A stretch of DNA of 64,000 nucleotides, from NCBI GenBank assembly GCA_965224245.1, contig OZ245046.1:896001-960000 (forward strand). The letters are read 5' to 3'. The translations under genes were made by a program, and so were the position numbers. Below, piece by piece: positions 57,909 to 64,000 of this stretch. Source of the DNA: Candidatus Eiseniibacteriota bacterium. Its GTDB lineage: Bacteria > Eisenbacteria > RBG-16-71-46 > CAZAMP01. Below the pieces are notes generated by a model that saw only the letters and a list, made by a program, of their open reading frames with translations, did no database searches and had not been told where the DNA came from. Positions within the stretch are counted from its first letter, which is position 1. Every line of letters begins with the position of its first letter.

Positions 57909-60900
57909 ATGCGCATGGTTCACCGGGATCCAGAGCGAATCGACGCGGTTCTCGCGCTTCTCACCGGGTGCGCGTCGGTTCTGGTCGGTCTGACGATCAC
58001 GTCGCTCGGTCTCGCCGGCCTGCCGGGCTCCGCCCGGGCCGGCTCGCAGAGCTTCACCGAGGACTTCACCACCACCACGTTCAAGGACCCGGTCTACACC
58101 ACCGCCGACTGGGACACCGTTTCGGGCGAGCTCAAGCTGCTGCCTTTCGTGCCTTCTCTCGTCGGGGCCTACGACACGCCGGGTTCCGCGCAGGGCGTCA
58201 CGGTGGCGGGTGGCCTGGCCCTCGTGGCGGACGGGAGCTCCGGTCTCCAGATCGTGGACATCACCGATCCGTCGGCGCCGACGCTCGTCGGGACCTACGA
58301 TACGCCGGGTTTCGCGCAGGGCGTCACGGTGGCGGGTGACCTGGCCCTCCTGGCGGACGGGAGCTCCGGTCTCCAGATCGTGGACATCACCGACCCGTCC
58401 TCGCCGATGCTCCTCGGGACCTACGATACCCCGGACTACGCCTATGGTGTCACCGTGGCGGGGGATCTGGCATTCGTGGTGGACGACCAGTCCGGTCTCC
58501 AGATCGTGGACATCACCGATCCGACGGCGCCGACACCCGTCGGATCCTACGACACGCCCGCAAACGCCGTTGGCGTCACGGTGGCGGGGGATCTCGCCTT
58601 CGTGGCGGACTACGCGTCCGGTCTCCAGATCGTGGACATCACCGATCCGTCGTCGCCCACGCTCGTGGGGACCTGCGATACGTCGGGTTTCGCGCAGGGC
58701 GTCACGGTGGCGGGTGACCTGGCCCTCGTGGCGGACGGGAGCTCCGGTCTCCAGATCGTGGACATCACCGATCCCTCGTCGCCCACGTCCATCGGGGCCT
58801 ACGATACGTCGGGGTTCGCCCTCGGCGTCACGGTGACGGGTGATGTCGCCCTGGTAGCGGACGATGTGTCCGGTCTCCAGCTCGTGGACGTCACCGATCC
58901 CTCGGCGCCCACGCTCATCGGGACCTACGATACGTCGGGATCCGCTTACGGTGTCGCGGTGGCGGGCGGGCGCCTGGCCTTCGTGGCAGACGATGCTTCC
59001 GGTCTGCGGATCGTGAACGTCGCCGATACATCGCCGGTGACGTTTGTCGGGGCCCACGACACCCCGGGTCGGGCCTATGGCGTCTCGGTGGCGGGGGACC
59101 TCGCCTTCGTGGCGGACGATACGACCGGCCTCCAGATCGTGGACATCGCCGATCCATCGTCGCCGACGCTCGTCGGGACCTACGATACGCCGGACCTCGC
59201 CCGTGGCGTTACAGTGGCGGGGGACCTGGCCTTCGTGGCGGACGGGAACGCCGGCCTCCAGATCGTGGATGTCACCGATCCGTCGGCACCGACCCTCGTG
59301 GGGGTCTACGATACGCCGGGCTTCGCCTCTAACGTCACGGCGGCGGGGGACCTGGCCCTCGTGGCGGTCGGGAGCTCCGGCCTCCAGATCGTGGACATCA
59401 CCGATCCGTCGGCGCCGACGCTCGTCGGGACCTACAGCACGTGGCAACCCATCCTGGGCGTGACGGTGGCGGGGGACCTCGCCTTCGTGGCGGCCTACGG
59501 TAACGGGCTCCAGATTGTGGACATCAGCAATCCGTCCGCACCGACGCTCGTCGGGAGCCACGATACGCCGGGCCTCGCCCACGGCGTCGCGGTGGCGGGG
59601 GATCTCGCCTTCGTGGCGGACTACGAGTCCGGTCTCCAGATCGTGGACATCACCGATCCGTCAGCACCGACGCTCGTCGGGACCTACGATACGCCGGGCC
59701 GCGCCCACGAAGTCGCGGTGGCGGGGAACCTCGCCTTCGTGGCGGACTGGGACTGGCTTTCCGGTCTCCAGATCCTGGACATCACCGATCCATCGGCGCC
59801 GACGCTCGTCGGGAACTACGATAGCCCGGACTCCCCCTATGCCGTCACGGTGGCGGGGGACCACGCCTTCGTCGCGGACAGGAACTCCGGTCTCCGGATC
59901 GTCGAGTTCGCCCAGCATGACTGGGGCACGACGATCCAGAACGCCGGTCGGTCGCTGGTCGTGGACGGTGCGGACGACGCCATCGTGCGCGCCCGACTGA
60001 CGTCGACGCAGCTCGACGGCGTTCCCTGGATCTGGGAGCTGAGCTCCGACACGGGAGAGAACTGGACGCCGATCGCGCCCACGAGCACGTGGACCCGTTT
60101 GACGGATCCCGGAAGCGATCTCGTGTGGCGCTCGACGCAAGAGGTGGCAGGCGCCGTGAACCCCAGCGTGTCGGAGCTGACGATCGATTGGCTGAACGCG
60201 TTCGCACCGCTCCTTTCGATCACGGATGTGCCGGACGACCAGGGGAGACGCGTCGAGCTCTCGTTCACGCGGTCGGGCTACGACTTCGCCGACGAGGTGG
60301 AGCTGCCGGTGGTCGGGTACGCGGTCTATCTCCGGGTCGACGACGAGGCGAGAGCCGCCGAGGTCGTGAAGGACGGCGCGGCGCCGGCGCCGGCCGAGCT
60401 GGAGGGTTCTCCGCTCGACTCCTACGGGGCCTCCCGGGTCCGTGCGCTGGGAGATGACCGCTTCGTCCTCGGGGGTGATCTGGCGCGCGGGAGTGCGTTC
60501 CCTCCCGGTGTCTGGGAATCGGTGGCGTGGGTGCTGCCCACCCAGAGCGATCAGTACACGAGGGAGACGTTCACGTTCGCCGACTCGACGTCGGCCGGCA
60601 ACCACTGGTCGGTGTTTCTCACGGCCACGCACACCTCGGACCCGTCGATCTGGTTCACCAGCTACCCCGACAGCGCCTACTCGGTCGACAACATCCCGCC
60701 GAGCATTCCGACCGGGCTGGCGCTCGTGGGCACGGAGCTCTCCTGGGATTCCGCGTCCGAGTCCGACTTCGAGTACCACAGCGTGTACGGCTCGGCGACG
60801 GCGGGGTTCGATGGCACGGCAGCCCTGATCGGGTACACGGTCGATCCGACCTACGACGTGTCCAGCGAGTCGTATGCGTTCTATCACGTGACCACGACCG

Positions 60901-61253
60901 ATCACGCGGGCAACGAGGGCGAGGCGGCGAGCGTGGAAGGGACGCTGCTCTCATCGCCGGACGCATCGATCCCGACGGTGTACGCGCTGTCCCCGCCGGG
61001 CCCGAACCCGTTCCGTGGCCGGGCGGCCATGACGTTCGCGCTGCCCGAAGCGGGGAAGGTGCGGCTCGCGATCTACGACGCGAGCGGTCGCGCGGTACGG
61101 ACCCTGGCGAATGGGACGCACGGGGCGGCCGTCCATCGTGTGGTCTGGGATGCTCGCGATGACGGCGGCCGGCTGGTGGGTCCGGGTGTTTACTTCGCTC
61201 GGATCTCGGCGGGGGCGTACGAGGCCGATCGTCGTCTCACCGTGATCCGTTAG
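57909..61253 (+). CDS. Secreted LVIVD-repeat protein with FlgD-Ig C-terminal domain
   Basis: Hydrophobic leader, FTEDFTTT, highly homogeneous 42-aa repeats. Confidence 0.9.
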   Translation: MRMVHRDPERIDAVLALLTGCASVLVGLTITSLGLAGLPGSARAGSQSFTEDFTTTTFKDPVYTTADWDTVSGELKLLPFVPSLVGAYDTPGSAQGVTVAGGLALVADGSSGLQIVDITDPSAPTLVGTYDTPGFAQGVTVAGDLALLADGSSGLQIVDITDPSSPMLLGTYDTPDYAYGVTVAGDLAFVVDDQSGLQIVDITDPTAPTPVGSYDTPANAVGVTVAGDLAFVADYASGLQIVDITDPSSPTLVGTCDTSGFAQGVTVAGDLALVADGSSGLQIVDITDPSSPTSIGAYDTSGFALGVTVTGDVALVADDVSGLQLVDVTDPSAPTLIGTYDTSGSAYGVAVAGGRLAFVADDASGLRIVNVADTSPVTFVGAHDTPGRAYGVSVAGDLAFVADDTTGLQIVDIADPSSPTLVGTYDTPDLARGVTVAGDLAFVADGNAGLQIVDVTDPSAPTLVGVYDTPGFASNVTAAGDLALVAVGSSGLQIVDITDPSAPTLVGTYSTWQPILGVTVAGDLAFVAAYGNGLQIVDISNPSAPTLVGSHDTPGLAHGVAVAGDLAFVADYESGLQIVDITDPSAPTLVGTYDTPGRAHEVAVAGNLAFVADWDWLSGLQILDITDPSAPTLVGNYDSPDSPYAVTVAGDHAFVADRNSGLRIVEFAQHDWGTTIQNAGRSLVVDGADDAIVRARLTSTQLDGVPWIWELSSDTGENWTPIAPTSTWTRLTDPGSDLVWRSTQEVAGAVNPSVSELTIDWLNAFAPLLSITDVPDDQGRRVELSFTRSGYDFADEVELPVVGYAVYLRVDDEARAAEVVKDGAAPAPAELEGSPLDSYGASRVRALGDDRFVLGGDLARGSAFPPGVWESVAWVLPTQSDQYTRETFTFADSTSAGNHWSVFLTATHTSDPSIWFTSYPDSAYSVDNIPPSIPTGLALVGTELSWDSASESDFEYHSVYGSATAGFDGTAALIGYTVDPTYDVSSESYAFYHVTTTDHAGNEGEAASVEGTLLSSPDASIPTVYALSPPGPNPFRGRAAMTFALPEAGKVRLAIYDASGRAVRTLANGTHGAAVHRVVWDARDDGGRLVGPGVYFARISAGAYEADRRLTVIR

Positions 61254-61278
61254 AGGTTGAGGCAGGCAAGGGGCAGCG

Positions 61279-61325
61279 TTCGAGCCCCGGCCGGTGGACC
61301 GGTCGGGGCTCGATGACATCTCTAC
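61279..61325. terminator. Hairpin between convergent genes; partial copy of element A
   Basis: TCGAGCCCCGGCCGGT-GG-ACCGGTCGGGGCTCGA followed by ACATCTCTAC. Confidence 0.65.
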
Positions 61326-61357
61326 TGCTCGGTTGCGACTGACGCTCGAGTGCGCCA

Positions 61358-64000
61358 CTACCTGACGATCACCAGTGTTCGCGAGTGGTCGGTGACACCG
61401 TTGCTCTCACGAAGGAAGTAGGTTCCGCTCGGTACCCTCACGCCCGAGCCATCCGTCCCGTCCCATGTGACGCGATGGAATGGAGGTCTGAACTTGCCCC
61501 GCGCCAGCGTCCGGATCTTGCGACCGCGCGGGTCGTAGATCGCGACCTCGGTTTCGACGACGGACCCATTCACGGTCGTGGTTGCGAACTCGACGGTGAG
61601 GATGCGTCCCCTGAACGGCGTTGGATAGGCGCGCAATCCCCCCGTGAACGACGGGCTCAGATCGGCTGACGCCTCCCCGAGATGGAATTCGTCACCTAGA
61701 CCGTTGATCGCAAAGAGGCGATACCTGTCGCCGTCTCTTCCCTCCGCGTCGTGATGGACCGACTCGCGTGTACGGGAAACGAGCGTGGAGTAGTCGCCCT
61801 GCGCCGGTCTCTTGTCGAGCCGGTAGCCGGCGAGATCCGGGGGACCGGGGTCCGTATCCCAGCTGATCGTCAACCCGGATCCGTTCTCGGGCCGATGGAC
61901 GCGCATGTTCAACAGTGCGATTGAAGTCTCGATCGTGAACAGGGAGTCGCTCTCCGACCTGGAGTACTGATAGACATGAGTACCGAAGTCGTTGGCATTC
62001 TCGCGACGTTCCACTCTGACGCGTGAGAACCTCGATGGCGTGTGTGGAACGACGAGATCGTGCGACCCACCCGATACGTTCGTGGCGATCGGCATGTAAG
62101 AGCTCCCGCCGTCAACCGAGAGCAAGATGTCCACGACACCAATGCCGTCCCACGTGACGGTTCGGGTCGATCCGACGGGCCAGATCATGCCGCCCGAAGG
62201 ACGCGACACCGCGATCGCCCCGGTCGTGTAGAGGAGATCGCCGTTCGTGTTGTCATAGTACACGGCGTGCGGAGCCATGTCGGAGCGCAGCGCGAGCGAG
62301 GTCCCCAGGCCGACGTCACCAGTTGCATCGATGGTTTCAATGACCCAGTTCGTGCCGGTCTTCACTGAGTACCTCAGGCTCAGGCCTGTTCCATCATAGT
62401 ATGCGATTCGTGGTTTCCCGGTGGCGTTCAGGGCGAGCGACGAGAACGCGCCGACGTCTCCAGCGGCGTCGACGACCTCTATCGCCCACGTCCCCTGATA
62501 CCTGGCTGCGTACTTGAGATCGCCGTTCGTCTCATCGTAGTAGCTCACATGCGGGTTGCCACTCGCGTCCAGCCGCAGCGATGTATGCAGACCCACTTCG
62601 CCGGGGACGTCAACCACCTCGGACGTCCAGAAGCCACCGTCCTTCACCGCGTAGTTCAGGTCGCCGGCCGCGCGATAGGAGACATGGGGTCGGCCCGCGT
62701 CATCGATCACGAGCGATGAATAGAGGCCTGAGCCAAGAGACGCATCCGCCGTCTCGGCACTCCATGCGCCTCCCGTCCTGTCGGCGTAGCGGAGGGTCAT
62801 GTTCGAGAGGTCGTAGTAGCTGATGTGCGGAACGCCGTTCGCGTCGAGTGCGAGCGAGGTGAACCAGCCGACGACTCCTGTCGTGTCTACCACCTCGAGC
62901 GTCCAGGCGCCGCCGGTGCCGGTCGCGTACTTGAGGTCGCCATTCGTGTCGTCGTAGTAGCTGATGTGTGCGACGCCATCGTCGTCCATCTCGAGCGAAG
63001 AGAAAGCTCCGACGTCGGCCCCGGCGTCCACCGTTTCAACTGACCATTCCCCTGCGGCTCGGCGCGCGTACTTGAGATCGAGGTTGGCCACGTCGTGGTA
63101 CGCGACATGAGGTGCGTCGCCATGAAGCGACAGAGAGGGGAGAAAGCCGACGAGTCCCGTCTCGTCGACGGACTCCCTCCACCATGGAGAGACCCGATTG
63201 GGAACGATCGCGAACGTCTCAGACGTGGAGGAAGAGTACGGGGTGCTCCGAACGACCTTCACCCTCGCGCTGGAGGTCGCCGTCCCCGGCACGTCGATCA
63301 ACACGCTGCCGCCGCTCACACTGGAGATCGCGGTCGTGTACTCGGCACCACCGTCCAGGGAGAGCAGGATGTCGACGGTGCCCGTGCCGTCCCACGCAAC
63401 CATGCCCCGCCCGCCCCGGAGCCACGCATCGCCGTTGCCGGGCGACGTCAGCTGGATCGACGAACTCGCGAGCTTGAGTGCTCCGTTGGTGTTGTCGTGG
63501 TAGGCAATCGATGGGTTGCCGTGGGCATCGAGCGCCAGCGACGTCTGAAGGCCGACGACACCGATGGCATCGACTACCTCGATGCTCCAGTCTCCGTCGA
63601 TCAGCGCGGCGTACTTCACGTCTTGATCGGCGATGTAGTAGTAGCTGATCCGCGGCTCGCCAAGCGGAGACAAGACGAGTGAAGAAGCGGTGCCGACACT
63701 CGAGAAGCCGTCGACCGTCTCCAGCGGCCAGGTGGCCCCATCCTTCCAGGCGTACATCAGGTCGTCGGAGCCTTCGTTGAAGTACGTGATGTGCGGTCTG
63801 CCCCACGCATCCACGGCGATCGAGGTGTGTGCGCCCACCTGTGCCGATGAATCGACGGTCTCGCTCATCCAGACCCCATCGTGCATGACGGCATGCTTGA
63901 GGTTGTAGTTCGTGATGTCGAGGTAAGCGATGTGTGGAGTGCCGTGGTTGTCGAGCGCGAGGGACGACCAGGATCCGACGTGGCCGGTGGTGTCCACCGC
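61358..64000 (-). CDS. Secreted beta-propeller repeat protein with FlgD-Ig domain (5' end outside window)
   Basis: Same repeats and VPHTPSRFS...ANDFGT...LFTIETS linker as 41670..44840. Confidence 0.88.
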   Translation of the reverse strand, partial: AVDTTGHVGSWSSLALDNHGTPHIAYLDITNYNLKHAVMHDGVWMSETVDSSAQVGAHTSIAVDAWGRPHITYFNEGSDDLMYAWKDGATWPLETVDGFSSVGTASSLVLSPLGEPRISYYYIADQDVKYAALIDGDWSIEVVDAIGVVGLQTSLALDAHGNPSIAYHDNTNGALKLASSSIQLTSPGNGDAWLRGGRGMVAWDGTGTVDILLSLDGGAEYTTAISSVSGGSVLIDVPGTATSSARVKVVRSTPYSSSTSETFAIVPNRVSPWWRESVDETGLVGFLPSLSLHGDAPHVAYHDVANLDLKYARRAAGEWSVETVDAGADVGAFSSLEMDDDGVAHISYYDDTNGDLKYATGTGGAWTLEVVDTTGVVGWFTSLALDANGVPHISYYDLSNMTLRYADRTGGAWSAETADASLGSGLYSSLVIDDAGRPHVSYRAAGDLNYAVKDGGFWTSEVVDVPGEVGLHTSLRLDASGNPHVSYYDETNGDLKYAARYQGTWAIEVVDAAGDVGAFSSLALNATGKPRIAYYDGTGLSLRYSVKTGTNWVIETIDATGDVGLGTSLALRSDMAPHAVYYDNTNGDLLYTTGAIAVSRPSGGMIWPVGSTRTVTWDGIGVVDILLSVDGGSSYMPIATNVSGGSHDLVVPHTPSRFSRVRVERRENANDFGTHVYQYSRSESDSLFTIETSIALLNMRVHRPENGSGLTISWDTDPGPPDLAGYRLDKRPAQGDYSTLVSRTRESVHHDAEGRDGDRYRLFAINGLGDEFHLGEASADLSPSFTGGLRAYPTPFRGRILTVEFATTTVNGSVVETEVAIYDPRGRKIRTLARGKFRPPFHRVTWDGTDGSGVRVPSGTYFLRESNGVTDHSRTLVIVR

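Overview
High-GC bacterial accessory region with no housekeeping genes. The gene content suggests an FCB-related candidate lineage such as Ca. Eisenbacteria/Krumholzibacteriota (inference only). It holds about 11 genes or pseudogenes for large secreted repeat proteins ending in an FlgD-Ig/T9SS-like C-terminal domain, two secreted proteins with a short (T/S)WxxxK tail, four Hanks-type Ser/Thr kinases (three beside ECF sigma factors) and a TPR-CHAT protease. Mobile DNA: 2x IS256, IS66, IS3, IS481, an internally deleted IS3 derivative and an IS200 remnant. Most notable unannotated structure: (1) a ~200-bp element in three same-orientation copies plus one partial copy, with a tRNA-3'-end-like core and 25-bp boxes, resembling integrase-less att junctions between cargo modules; (2) an ECF-kinase-CHAT cluster in which the kinase ectodomain and the protease share an RGIGG motif; (3) module-specific ECF-type promoter motifs in front of the secreted genes next to two of the ECF-kinase pairs. 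All domain calls come from motif recognition by eye, not database searches.
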